From positions 262,818,001 to 262,882,000 of the forward strand of contig CM097883.1 in the NCBI GenBank assembly GCA_044892505.1: 64,000 nt of DNA, read 5' to 3'. The notes beneath the pieces were generated by a model, which searched no databases, was not told where the DNA came from, and saw only the letters and a program-made list of their open reading frames with translations. Position numbers and translations under genes: made by a program. Origin of the DNA: Schmidtea nova. Taxonomy: Eukaryota. Positions 14,187 to 26,972 of the stretch are shown here, piece by piece; within the stretch, counting starts at the first letter, position 1, and each line of letters starts with the position of its first letter.

Positions 14187-14699
14187 CTTTAAATGTTTTG
14201 ATGTTTTTTTAACAATATTTTCCTCATTTTTATCAAGCTCAACAGGATTATCAACAAATTTTAGAATTATTAATTAAAAAGTTTGTATAAGTTTGTTTTT
14301 TGTAATACCGTCATCCAAGACACTTTATCAATATTTAATTATTATATTTGTCTTTAACTTTTTATTTACTATCCGCTATACTTTTCTCCCTTAAAATATT
14401 GATTTTCGATTTTAATTAATTTTTAATTAGTTTTGCTTTTGTTTTCAATTTTCAATTTTTTATATACTTTATGTACTTTAAATTTTATTTGTAAATATAT
14501 TTACGTATTCCTAACTTTGTGTTAAAGAATAACAAGAGTCAGGTATTATTCAACTGATTTCAATTTACCAAAAACGATCTTTCTAAAGTTTTAACACTGA
14601 CAGAAATAAGCAATACAATACTTCATTTCTGTAAAAAATGTCAATATATATGATAAAAATTAAATAACATAATTATCTTTTGGTATCACATTTGATCTA

Positions 14700-15500
14700 T
14701 TTTTATTTATATAAATAATTTTCATAGTTGTTTGACTATAGATCAAAATTTATTTTTGGGTTTTTTGGTTGTTAAGTGAACACTTTCGAAATACACATTT
14801 GATACTGGTTGTGCCAAAATATTTTGTACTTAACAACCAAAATATTTTGATCTATAGTCGTACAATTATGAAAATTATTGATAAGAAAATTAAATATATA
14901 TGAATCTGGATTGGTAGTTTTTCAAACATAAATTAGTCAAGAATGTATTATTTTATGAGTTTATTTTTTTTCAGAATTTTTTTTCGGATTATGAACAAAA
15001 AATACAAACTATAAACATTAATTACGAATTCATATCCCGTCGCTTTCTTTTAGATGAAATACAATAACAAACAACAATATGGTTCTTTGTACAAAAAATT
15101 ACATCCGTTAATAATTTTTTAGATACTTATCAACACTATAATCAAAAAATTTACATTTTTAGAAAATTATTTTATGAAAATGATACTTCAGCAATATTGT
15201 AATGTTAATGTCAAAAAGATTTTTTAATTTTTTAATATATTACATTTTATTAATATTATTTTAATTAAAATATTGACAAAATTATTATATAATCATAATT
15301 ATCTTTTAATTTACCTTTGATCTCTTTTTTAAATTAAATAATTTTCATATTAACTTTTGTAAGACTATAAATCTAAATTTTTTTTAGTTGTTAGGTACAC
15401 TATATTTCGGGACAGTCTTTATCAAGTGTATAATGGCTATACCGAAATATCGTTTAACTAACAACCAAAAAAAATTTTGATCTTACAAAAATTAATATGA
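14700..15500. repeat. Two degenerate palindromic foldback MITE copies (~14700-14885 and ~15290-15500)
   Basis: GACTATAGATCAAAA...TTTTGATCTATAGTC inverted arms and internal GGTTGTGCCAAAAT / TTTCGGGACAGTCTTTATCAAGTG motifs shared with the young copies. Confidence 0.65.
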
Positions 15501-15752
15501 AAATTTTTGAATTCAAAAAACATTTTATAATAATTAAAATATTAACCTTTCAACAGATGCAACTAATCTAATAGATTCTTCGTGGACCATTTTCGTAATT
15601 ACTGCTACATTTGTAACTAAACNNNNNNNNNNNNNNNNNNNNNNNNNNNNNNNNNNNNNNNNNNNNNNNNNNNNNNNNNNNNNNNNNNNNNNNNNNNNNN
15701 NNNNNNNNNNNNNNNNNNNNNNNNNNNNNNNNNNNNNNNNNNNNNNNNNNNN

Positions 15753-16585
15753 CTCCAGACAGGCAGTTATTTACTTATTGCAGTTTATATTGAACGTCTG
15801 CAGTGCAAATATGAACAGCAATGGGAACAAAGGTCACCAACACCTTCAACATGCTGCATGCGCAAATGTAAGCACGCATTCACACACACACACGGAATAT
15901 GACTACTCACACTAGACACACAGAAGTAAGTCATCGTAATGAAGGATTGTCATTTTCTTAAAATATGGCTACTCGGAGAGAGCTTACAGACTTTCAGAAA
16001 GGCATTATTTACGGATGTTATCTTTGTGGAAAAAGTCAGAGTGAAACTGCTGCATTGACTGGTTACCCCCAAAGGAACTATTAACTACTTCATAAGGAAG
16101 TACCGACAGGAGCAGACATATGTCATTCTGGAAAATTAGCTTGTTCCCTTTCTCCCAGAAATTGAGGGGCTCATTTTCTATCAGAATAATGCACCAATAT
16201 ATACTTCGCATATTATGAAGCAATTCTTTCTGCAACACAGCATCAACGTTTTGGATTAGTTTCCACAAAGCCCTGATCTGAATCCTATTGAGTTTCTGTA
16301 GGACGTCCTTGGTAGACTAGTTTGCAAAAGGATTCTAATTGCCTGTAGCGTCTCCGAACTGGAAACGCATCTGCACGAGGAATGGTCACATATCTCACCT
16401 GATTTACTGGCAAAAGTGGTCGATACAATGCCTAAACGAGTGCGCTTTGTTATCCAGATGAAAGGTAATATAATATAATACTACAGACATTCAGTATTTG
16501 TGTGTATTTGTGACATTTGTTCCCATTGCTGTTCATTATAAGCTGTTCATTATAAAATGTAATATGCAAATAACTGCCGACTGGA
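15753..16585 (+). mobile_element. Internally deleted Tc1 transposon with pseudogenised transposase (15965-16478)
   Basis: About 80-bp TIRs (TCCAG..GCAGTTATTT...AACAGCAATGGGAACAAA.GTCAC and its reverse complement). The N-terminal HTH MATRRELTDFQKGII... is fused to a catalytic C-terminal part FYQNNAPIYTS...*FPQSPDLNPIEFL*, with stops and a frameshift. Confidence 0.9.
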
Positions 16586-16859
16586 NNNNNNNNNNNNNNN
16601 NNNNNNNNNNNNNNNNNNNNNNNNNNNNNNNNNNNNNNNNNNNNNNNNNNNNNNNNNNNNNNNNNNNNNNNNNNNNNNNNNNNNNNNNNNNNNNNNNNNN
16701 NNNNNNNNNNNNNNNNNNTAAGAATTAATATCAGTTAAGTTACTTTATTAACTTTTTTCTTTCATTTTCAATTCTAGTGGATTCCTTATTTGGTAGATGA
16801 TTGTGCCCGAGTTAAAATTTCGATACTTTAAAACGTATAATAAAATGATTAACATATTA

Positions 16860-17705
16860 ACTTTAATATTTGCAGGGGTTCCCTTAGTTTTTGGAAACAT
16901 TTCCTTTGTAATAATATTTTTTCCATATTTGGTGACTGAATATTATATTGCGGCGAGATAACTTGGTACGAATTTGGTGAAAATTTAATTTAAAAATCAG
17001 ATAAAATAGTATGATCGGGTGACAAATGGAAAGATAAGAACGAATATAATAATTGATGGAGGGGTGTTCCAAGGTGATGTTGTTAAAAAATACTAATAAA
17101 CTAATTAATTAATTACTTGGGATTTTGTTGATGATACGTGGTGCGGTTAAAATGTTTCCGGCCTACCCTACTTAACAAATTGATTTTTTAATGGAAATAG
17201 GTTTATTTTATTGGAAAACAAAATTCAAGAGATAGACTTCTAGTGGCCTAGTGATGATATTAAATTGAAATTAACCAGAGAAAATGTAATATTTTGAAAT
17301 TAAAAAAACATAGGATTGATTGGTGTGGATTGAACTCTATATAAGGAATGGATAACTTACACAAGGTGGCATTTTGATGGATGCAATATTTCAAGACAAA
17401 GGAGCGTCAGCAAATATTGTAAAGTCATTTATTATTTGAGAATGCCGACAGATTTAATAAGAGTGGAGGAGAAAAGTTTTATTTTTTGAGCCAGATCAGT
17501 TCCGCAAATTGTTAAAAGTGTTTCCTTTTTGGGTCACATGCTTGTATCGTTTCAAAATAATGATGATTGAGTTGAGATTGTAATTATTGTTCATTGAGAG
17601 ATTTGTCATTAGATTGATAATAAACCTTATTCTGTTTGGTTTTGTTGTTATTCGTATATAAAGAACACGTGGAGTCAGACTATTATAAATTTAGATCAAC
17701 AGCCC
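16860..17705 (+). repeat. Divergent solo-LTR-like repeat
   Basis: Ends with AAAGAACACGTGGAGTCAGAC...CAACA, the same 3' motif as the TGTTGGG/CCCAACA family. Boundaries are approximate. Confidence 0.4.
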
Positions 17706-17915
17706 ACCCTAAAGGACATAATATTAAAAGAAAAGCCCATGTTTAAAACAGTAAATGAAAATAAATAATTAAAATAAAAACAAATTAATTGTTTGTTTCA
17801 AAAGTAAATATAGTGTTTGTTTGTTGGTGAAATTGAATTTTACTAATTAATTCTCTGACTACAAGCGTGTTTATTTGATCAACAACAAAAAATTAATAAC
17901 CACAACCTTTATAGA

Positions 17916-20111
17916 TACACCGGGTTTCATCGATTAAAAGAAACTATGATACAAGTAGGTGTGCACACCTGATTGTTACTAATAGCTACTTGGTTCTATT
18001 TTGATCTTACAATGATATAAGATCACTATAGAAGCTTTAAAAGTTTATATATATTCTTCAATATTATTTTTATTTTATATTTATTAACTTTTTAGAAAAA
18101 TATGATTTTTTATGAAGTACTTTGGAAGTATTTTACATTAAACGTAAGTAAAAATATTTTTTATCAAAAGTTTTTAATGAAATTAATCAGTCTCTCAATA
18201 TTTCCATTTTATATGTTGTTCTACACTTATTTTTATTTAATTGTCATATACTTTCATTTAAAGTAAGTTAAAAAATCATTTTTAAGTAAGAATTATTATA
18301 ATTATTTCTATTTTTGAAATATTATTTTGGATATTCCCAGAAATAATTCAAGAATTGATACATTTTTGTTGTCCTGTATTATCTGAGGCTTTAAAATGAT
18401 CTAAATTTAAATGGAAATATGTTTAATTGTCTATAATTTGAAAATAATTAGACGGAATTATTTTTCTGCCTACTGAAAACGGAAAGATTTTGCAAATAAA
18501 TTTAGAAAATATATGAAATTTTATATTAAAATAAAACCCATGATGTTATTTATGCATCTTCTCGACAACTCCCCTAGAAAATGTTTTAAATATTTACCCA
18601 AAAATAATATTTTAAAAATAAATAAATTTATTATAGACTTTTAAAACGCGTAAAAAAAGCACCCTTAAGTTTGCAAGCAATTTTCATTATGTGTTGTGTT
18701 TGTGTGTATATTTTATTTATTTCTTACAGATTGTACACCAGGTTTCACTGGATATGACGACCTATAATAATCAAATAGCTTATACTATAGAAAAATACAC
18801 ACCTACCTGTACCTAATTCATTGCTGTTTTACTGAAAATGGCGATTTATTATGTCGTAGACAAAGAGTAAGAAAAAAAATAATTACACACAAACACAAAA
18901 CATAGAAAAAAACAGATGGTAACTTTCATGGGTGTGTTTTGTTTTATTCAATATGGCTACCATATATAATTTTTATCAGCAGAAAAATTGAAAATAAATA
19001 TGGAAAATAAAATTTCGATAATTGGATCTGATGAATCTACATTGAGTTTCCGCAAAAATGATGAAATATCATCGTAAGTGTTATAATTTAAGTATTGAAA
19101 AATATATATTTTCCCAGTTTTTCAGACAGTTCACTGGAAACAATACCATTTCGTGAAAAAGATGAAATATCATCGTAAGTAATGTAAATTAAGTCATAAA
19201 ATTTTTATACTTTCCCAGAATTTCAGAAAATTCACTGAAAACAATGGCATTTTGTGAAGATGAATTAGGAAAATGGTATCACCTTTTTATTTATTAAAAT
19301 ATTTATTATGGGCTTAGCCTTTCAGATATTCCAGGTACACCGTACAACTGCATTTCATTCGATATCCGAAAAAATGTTCGCAAATCGTAAGATGAAATAA
19401 TAAATATTTAAAAAGTTATTTGATTTTTATAGGATTTCAGATATCGACAAAGCCAGAATCATAAACGCAAAGGAAAATAAACAAGATTACTTCCATTTGG
19501 GAAGCTTACTTGGCCTATCAAAAAATTCTTTAAGAAAAATAATTTATAAATATGAAAAATATGGCCACCTAGCAAAATCAAATGCAGTTTAAGGAAGACA
19601 ATATCAAGATCAAATGGCTTCTCCACAATGTCTTTCCAAGACAGATTTTGTTTGGTGAAAACAGCTCTTGAAGACGAAGTAAATAAAGATAAATATAAAG
19701 ATTTGGAAAGCTTTTTCTTACATGTTCGCCGATTTTTTCTAAATGTTTTCGAAAAATTGAAATATTTGGAGATTAATGTGTTTATCAAATAAATATTAAT
19801 TAGAATTAAATTTTTACTTACCTTTGGTGTTAATAATTCCATAATATCATAAACATTTTCTACTAATTATTTAAAAATTAAATAAAAATAAAATTGATGA
19901 ATAAAGATAACCTTTTAAAGCTTTTATAGTGATCTCATATCATTATGAGATCAAAATAAAACACTTAAAAGTTATCCTAAATACAAAAATTACCTGAAAG
20001 CCATTTTAAAATGGCTAATTCCAACAAGATTTAAAAAATGAGTAATAATAACTCGTGATGTATATCACTCACCTGTATTATAGGTCGCCATATCCAATGA
20101 AACACGGTGTA
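17916..20111 (+). mobile_element. Long-TIR Tc1/mariner-like non-autonomous element, copy 2 (composite)
   Basis: Ends are TACACCGGGTTTCAT... and ...ATGAAACACGGTGTA. 17916-18733 is homologous to 10607-11566. An internal terminus at 18734 (TACACCAGGTTTCACTGGATATGACGACCTATAATA) is the inverted match of the right end. Confidence 0.8.
19000..19592 (+). CDS. Five-exon gene encoding acidic exon repeats plus a Tc1-type HTH (138 aa to the first stop)
   Basis: Exons 19000-19073, 19118-19174, 19219-19275, 19318-19386 and 19433-19592 splice in frame through 42-46 nt phase-2 GT-AG introns. The last exon reads ISDIDKARIINAKENKQDYFHLGSLLGLSKNSLRKIIYKYEKYG. No DDE domain is present. Confidence 0.75.
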
Positions 20112-20174
20112 TCTCCGTCTAACGATTCCTAGCTACTGATTTAGATTCGGCAATGGGTAACTGATTAATTGTTT

Positions 20175-20416
20175 TTTATCATAATTATCTTTTTTCACCT
20201 TTGATTTTTTTATTATTATTATCAATAATTCTCATAATTCTGACTATTGATCAAATTTTTTTTATAAACAATAACACAATATTTCGGCACAGCCTTTATC
20301 AAGTGTGTATTTAAAATACACTCTTGATAAAGGCTTTGCCGAAATATTGTGTTATTGTTTATAAAAAAAAACTTTGATCTATAGTCAGCATTATGAGAAT
20401 TATTGATAATAATAAT
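20175..20416. repeat. Palindromic foldback MITE, near-complete copy
   Basis: About 100-bp inverted arms centred on GTGTATTTAAAATACAC, with the left terminal motif ATCATAATTATCTTTTTTCACCTTTGAT. Confidence 0.85.
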
Positions 20417-22724
20417 TGTTTTTTTGCTTTTATTTTCTTGACTTTATATACTCTGACTCTTATTCAATTAATTTTTTTTATTCTCTAAATTCGCTACAAT
20501 CTTTTCAAATTTTCCTTTGATTGTCTACTGTTGTTTCCTTTTTTATAGCTCATCAAATTTGTGGTACTTGAGATAATTTTGTTTTACCATTTTTGCCTTT
20601 CATATTCTCCATAGCTCCTGTCTTATATCTGATAGCTGTCGAAATATTTCAAAACACCCCATTGTTTACCCAGTCCATTTCACCCAATCATTTTATTTAT
20701 TTGTGATGATATATAATTTAATAATTATGAATCCTCGAAAATAGTAATCCCTCCGTCTGCGCAGTTTCGCAATTGCACGCCGAAGTTTTTAATACAATAA
20801 ATCCCTCCGTCTGTCATATATCCGGAACCTGACCCCATAATTTCGGTTAGCTCACTGTTTTTGTAGAACGTATCAATTTCAACAATTAGTTTTTGACGAT
20901 TTAATTTGATGATGCGTGAAAAGGCAAACGTTTTTTTATTTTAGTAAACTTCCAAAAATTTACAATGAAAAATGTGTTTCAAAAAAAAAGATAAATTTGA
21001 AAAAATATCAACACTAAAAATAACAATGTGTTCAAATTACAAACCAACAGAAATTTCCTAAATCAAAAGCATGAAAATTTTTCAGAAATTTTCCGAAATT
21101 TTTTTACGATCGCAATTAATGTGCCTAACAAGATTTGAATTGGGTTCGAATTATGGACCTAGTTATGATGACATTAGTTGAGGAATTATTGTTGATTGAT
21201 TCATCATTTTTGCAATTTGATTTTTCTAATCGTTTGTTAGAGGCTCCGCACTTGATGATTGATACAACTTTCCTTCACCTCTCCCGGAATTTGACAGATA
21301 TCACAGTCCAAACGACCGCCGGGAGACTCTTGACAGCAGACATAGAGGCATCAATGACTTTTGCAGATTTATGCATACAACTTTTGTTGATATTCCTGCA
21401 TCGATACATATCGTATCTGACCAAGTCGCTTCTGGTTTTCTCACTTATTCCTCGAACTGGACAGCTGGGGTTTGACGTAGATTTGATTGATGCCACCAAA
21501 GTTTGTGTATGTTACCAGATGGAGCGGTCGATTTAAACAAAAGTTATCAAAAAGAAATTCCAAATTCTCTTCACTATGATCTAAAGGGCAATGAAGTGTA
21601 ATTAATTGCTGTAAATCGTTTTTTTCTGGGATTTTCTGTCTTCTATTCATAGCACCTTTAAAGTTACTGTTGCTACACTCACTCCGCTGCAGCTGCTTCG
21701 TTGATTTTTTCGCCTGCTGTTAAAAATAGTTAAAACACACCAAGAAAGTTTTTAATGTTCGAAATTATTTAATGTTATTAAATTTGTGATTTAAATTTAA
21801 TTAATCGATTAATTGATTAATTAAAAACCGTTTCTAAATTGCGCAAAGTATTTTAAAGTATTTTTCATTTGTTTCGCCTTTAAAGCTGCGCAATTTTTTG
21901 GCGAGGGTGGTTTTAATAAAATTAAATAAAAATTTCATTTCATTTTATTTATTTTTTTTATATGAAGAATAAATGAAAATTTCTGAAATAGAAAAGATTA
22001 TAGATAGAAATACAAATTGTTAATGATTGTTTAATTTATTTTTTTTGTTTAAATGTAAGCTACTTAAATTAATCAATAATTTATTTAGTCGAAAAAATAT
22101 TTTCAAATTTTTTAAATAATTATAATCCATTGAATAGCAAAATTAATCCAATTTCATCTTAATAAAAAAATTCTATTAAAAATTTTTTTAAAAAATTCGT
22201 TCTAATTTTTGATGATTGGAAACAAATCTGTGAATTCCTATTACTAGACTGATATAGAATTCTTGGGCGTGTGTGTGTCACGAGAAACGTGATGGATATT
22301 TTATGCCATAAAATTTTAATAATTTTTTCTACATTTCATTAGTTTCTTTTTATAAATACAAATTAAAAAATTATGGTTTTAAATAAATTTTTTAATTTCG
22401 TTGCCCACATTCTTTTTATTTCTCTTACCGTAGTGATTTCGTTTCAGCATGATTTTTAAGGAATTTATTGACATTTGAACTTTTTAATGAATCGTTTTTG
22501 CCAGAGTCGGGAATACTTTTATGGTTCTTACTGCTGAGACATGGTCTGTCTATACACTTATCAGTTTCGTTTATTTTCATTCTTTTAGATTGATTGATTG
22601 TGGACATCCTCTTTTTAAAGAAGATGTAGAGACAACTGATTGCTTTTCAAGTTCAAAATCAAGAGCGATGTATGATAGTTTTCTTTAATATCTCTGTTAA
22701 ATTAATTTTTGGCTTAAGTGATAA

Positions 22725-23170
22725 AACTGTGTACCCTCTCCGCCATAATTTTCATTAAAAAATCAGTTAAGTCTCTTCATGCTAAATCAATTGTAAATAG
22801 AGTATGAGGTAAAGCATATCCTTCGTAAATAGGAACTGTATGTAGTTACACCATCTCCAGTTGTTCTTAGAAAAGCAAAAAAACAGCACAGCTTGAAATG
22901 AGACAAAGATAGTTGAAGCATTGAAAGTTTCAAACATGAATGGAATCATCTTTTCTCTGTTGGCATAATGATTGATTAGAGCTCCAGTTAACAATAATTG
23001 ATGTTCTTCGGGAACTACTCTCAATCCATTGTAGAAAAAATGATGCCTGATCTTTTTCAAATCACCCCAATAAGTAACGATACCGTGTTCGATTGAATAT
23101 TTAAAAAAAAGAAATTTTCTTCTTATCCCATACCAACTTGATGTCGAGGTCGAACAACCATACCACAAAG
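22725..23170 (-). pseudogene. actin: Actin pseudogene fragment (N-terminal ~190 aa region)
   Basis: Across frames it reads [57 protein letters not shown] and [13 protein letters not shown]. Multiple frameshifts and stops. Confidence 0.9.
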
Positions 23171-24310
23171 AACCTTTTCACCATTAGCTAATGAAGTGGC
23201 ATTTTCGGCAGCAGTGAACTTAAAATGTACCAAAACATTTTTATCGCTGCTTTCACAGTAAAATTAAAATGTTGTGGAATATTCAGACGTCAATTGATGT
23301 TATCAGTTAATGTTGTTGAAGATTATCACATTGAGTGCCATAAAAGTCATAGCATGTCTCTCACATACTGTTGGCATTAGAGTCACGTGAGATGGAATTT
23401 GCTTCACGCTTCATTTTCTTTATTTAAGTGGCCTACAACAAACCTTGTTTCTCGATTACATGCAAGTTACATGGAACTTAAAAATAAATTTGGCCTTGAG
23501 GTCAACAACTTCTGTAGTATTGCTGCACAACATGTCAATATGATGTCCATTACTATAAACAGCAAAGTCTTTTTGAATAGTGTGTGTTTAAAAAGAGAAA
23601 ATGAAAAACCTCTGGCAAGTGTATTATTAGAGGCAGAGAGGAAAAATAAATTAAAAAAATTCAATTTGGTTTTCTTAAAAACTCATATTTTCATTTCCAT
23701 TGTTGATTAATAAACACTTAAAAGGGGCAGTGTAGGAAATTCCTATTGTATAGGAAAATATTTTGATCTATCGTTTTAAAAATAAAAATATATAATATTG
23801 ATAAAAATGATCCAATGTGACGAAAATACAAAATGTTATTGATTATTAGAAGTATCTCTCCAAGTTTGATAAAAGTTGTGAAGGGGTTAATGCGATCTCA
23901 TTCAACTGTTTAAGAAATAAAAACTTTGGCCCCTTATCATTAGAAGTACAATACACCGATGATGAATCTTTAAACGAAATCATCTTTTTGTCAAACTATC
24001 TCTAAAAGTACCAAACAAAATCTTTTTACACGATTTTTCGACACACCCTTTATTACTTGTTAAAAGCTGTGCCAAAATATAAAAAATCTTTTGATCTTAA
24101 GTCATACAATTATGAAAATTATTAATATAAATAAAAAGAAATCAAAGGTGAAACCAAAGGATAATTATGATAAAAATATATCCTTACATCATTTATGAAG
24201 CAATGAGGCTATCTTCCTTTTATTGATAACTCGGTGGTTAGCTTATTATGTTTGTCATCCTCACATCCCTTGTTTTAAATATTTTAAGACATTCTATATT
24301 TCGAGTAATT

Positions 24311-24780
24311 CAGAGGCGTACCTAGGGTATGGCAAGCATGACACGTGCCATGGGCGCCAACTGAAAGGGACGCGAAAAAGCGCCTAAAGTATAAATACGC
24401 AAATGAAAATAAAAAATATTTTTATAGATATAAATATGTGTATTAAAAAACTGCGTAGGAAAAAGCCCGCATTCGTTTTTCGTTTGTTTGTCCATGTTCT
24501 CTATGTCTCTAGCTCTCTTTCTCTCTACAAATGTGATTTTGTATTTGAAAAAAAGAAATGCAGAATAGTAGTGTGTGTTGTGTTCTGTGCTAAAGCCGTT
24601 GCGTCAGCTAAAACAAGAAAGATAAATTTGTAATAAAGTGTTAATAGATTTAACTTATGTGCTGTTTTTACCAAATTCTAAAGTAGTTTTTTAGAAAATA
24701 AAACGTATGTAACCTATCGTTGGGGAGGGGCGCAAGATCGGTGTTTGCCATGGGCGCCATTTACCCTAGGTACGTCATTG
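24311..24780. mobile_element. hAT-type MITE, 470 bp
   Basis: Imperfect TIRs CAGAGGCGTACCTAGGGTA / TACCCTAGGTACGTCATTG with a perfect 8-bp TSD GAGTAATT. Confidence 0.9.
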
Positions 24781-26353
24781 GAGTAATTTAATTACTGCTT
24801 ATATTCCTTAACACATGACTTCTATCATGATGCTTTCCAATAAATATCTATCGTCCTTCGTAACGTTTATACATCTTTCTGCGTTATTTCGGATGCCCAT
24901 TCTTATTTTCATGAAATAACCAAGTGTTAATAAAAAAATACACTTAAAAAAAGCTAGTCCCAGAAATTCGTGTTACAATGGAAATCTTTTGATCTATTGT
25001 CTTAAAAATTGAAAATATCTGAGACTATTGTCAATTCTCATGTCTGGATAATTTCTTATCCCAACAAGAAATCCAGTCAAAAAGATCCATCCTCGTTTTG
25101 ATTTTTAGTTCTTCTTGAATGGAATAAACAAAATCGGTAAAACCTTGGAAGCGAGAGTGGTAAATGTTTCATTGTTTTAATAATGTGGTTAAAAATTTAT
25201 CAAATATTTGACGAGACCTTCCCTCGAATTTGATATAAACTCAAAGATGAAATAATTTGAATATATTTACAAAGTAATCAGGGAGAAAGGTAAATTAAAA
25301 TGCATTAACCTTTGAAAAATTACCTGAGTCCAATTTTTTAAATTTTATGTAAATTACTCTTCAGTTTACACTCGTGCGTTAATTATATTTATCAAAATAG
25401 AATAAATAAATAATTAAAATAATTAATAATTTAATAGGTATTTCACTAATCAAAAAAAATTTTCCATTTAAAAACCAGACACGTTTTAATTTTAAATGGA
25501 TTTTAAAATTCAACTTTGTTCTGTAGTTAACAGAAAAAAACTAAGTAAAAATCAAAGATAGAAAAATATATTTTTTAATATAATTGAATGGATGGAAAAT
25601 TCATGGAACAAAATTCCAAAAATTTTTCATATCGGATTAAAAAAATATTTGAGAAATTATTTTCAAAATTTAAAAAGTGTTTCAATTTTTCATTTTATTT
25701 TATAATTTTAAAACAGAAAAATTCCTAAATTAATTTCAATAATTTTGTTTAAATGATAAAACCATATTTTCATTCATTTATTAAATAAAAGTTTTAATAA
25801 GACTAGAATCGAGGAAATTTTTTTAATATATGTTGGACCGAATGAATGGTTAACATCTCCGTGTGCTTTCTCCGGTGACGGACGAAGGGAACGAAAGGAA
25901 AAACGACAAGGAAAAAGAAAAGTAATGAATAAATAAGGTTACAAGGGAAATTAATGTGAATAAAAAGACACGAAATTGTGGAAATAATGGCGAAAGTAAA
26001 AATGAAAATAATAAAATCGAGAAGGTTGATGAGAGGAAATTCAAAAATATCAATGAAATGAACTTGCATAAAAGGGTAAACTGTAACAATCCACTGCAAA
26101 AATAAATGAGCAAATTCGAGTAAAATAAATTTTAAAGATAAGAAANNNNNNNNNNNNNNNNNNNNNNNNNNNNNNNNNNNNNNNNNNNNNNNNNNNNNNN
26201 NNNNNNNNNNNNNNNNNNNNNNNNNNNNNNNNNNNNNNNNNNNNNNNNNNNNNNNNNNNNNNNNNNNNNNNNNNNNNNNNNNNNNNNNNNNNNNNNNNNN
26301 NNNNNNNNNNNNNNNNNNNNNNNNNNNNNNNNNNNNNNNNNNNNNNNNNNNNN

Positions 26354-26508
26354 GCTGACTATAGATCAAAAAATTTTTTTGTAAACAATAACACAATATT
26401 TCGGCACAGCCTTTATCAAGTGTGTATTTCACATAAAATGTATTTTCATCATAAGAAAAGATTTTGATCTATAGTCAGCATTATGAGAATTATTGATGAT
26501 AATAATAA
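26354..26508. repeat. Palindromic foldback MITE with an internally deleted right arm
   Basis: The left arm is nearly identical to the 9365 and 20175 copies. The right arm is reduced to TTTTGATCTATAGTCAGCATTATGAG. Flanked by N gaps. Confidence 0.8.
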
Positions 26509-26972
26509 NNNNNNNNNNNNNNNNNNNNNNNNNNNNNNNNNNNNNNNNNNNNNNNNNNNNNNNNNNNNNNNNNNNNNNNNNNNNNNNNNNNNNNNNNNNN
26601 NNNNNNNNNNNNNNNNNNNNNNNNNNNNNNNNNNNNNNNNNNNNNNNNNNNNNNNNNNNNNNNNNNNNNNNTCACAAGCTTTTTTTGTTTAAAACAAATA
26701 AGTCATCTGACAAATGTTTTTTTCAAAAGATATTTCAAGAAATTGAAATAATGAAGCTAAGGCAGTCGGGTGCGCTTGCAAACAGTTTCTGTTGAACACT
26801 TTTAGTGCGCAGAGGTGAAAATGAAATTCATACGCCATGTTTGCAAGTTACAGATTATCTGTTGGACCTTGCATATTCAAGGGATGTTTTATCCAGTGTA
26901 CCAGGTATAGTATATAACAAAAATCTTTCGACTCTGTTTTATACTTACCTGGCGCGGAGAGAAATTTTCGCG

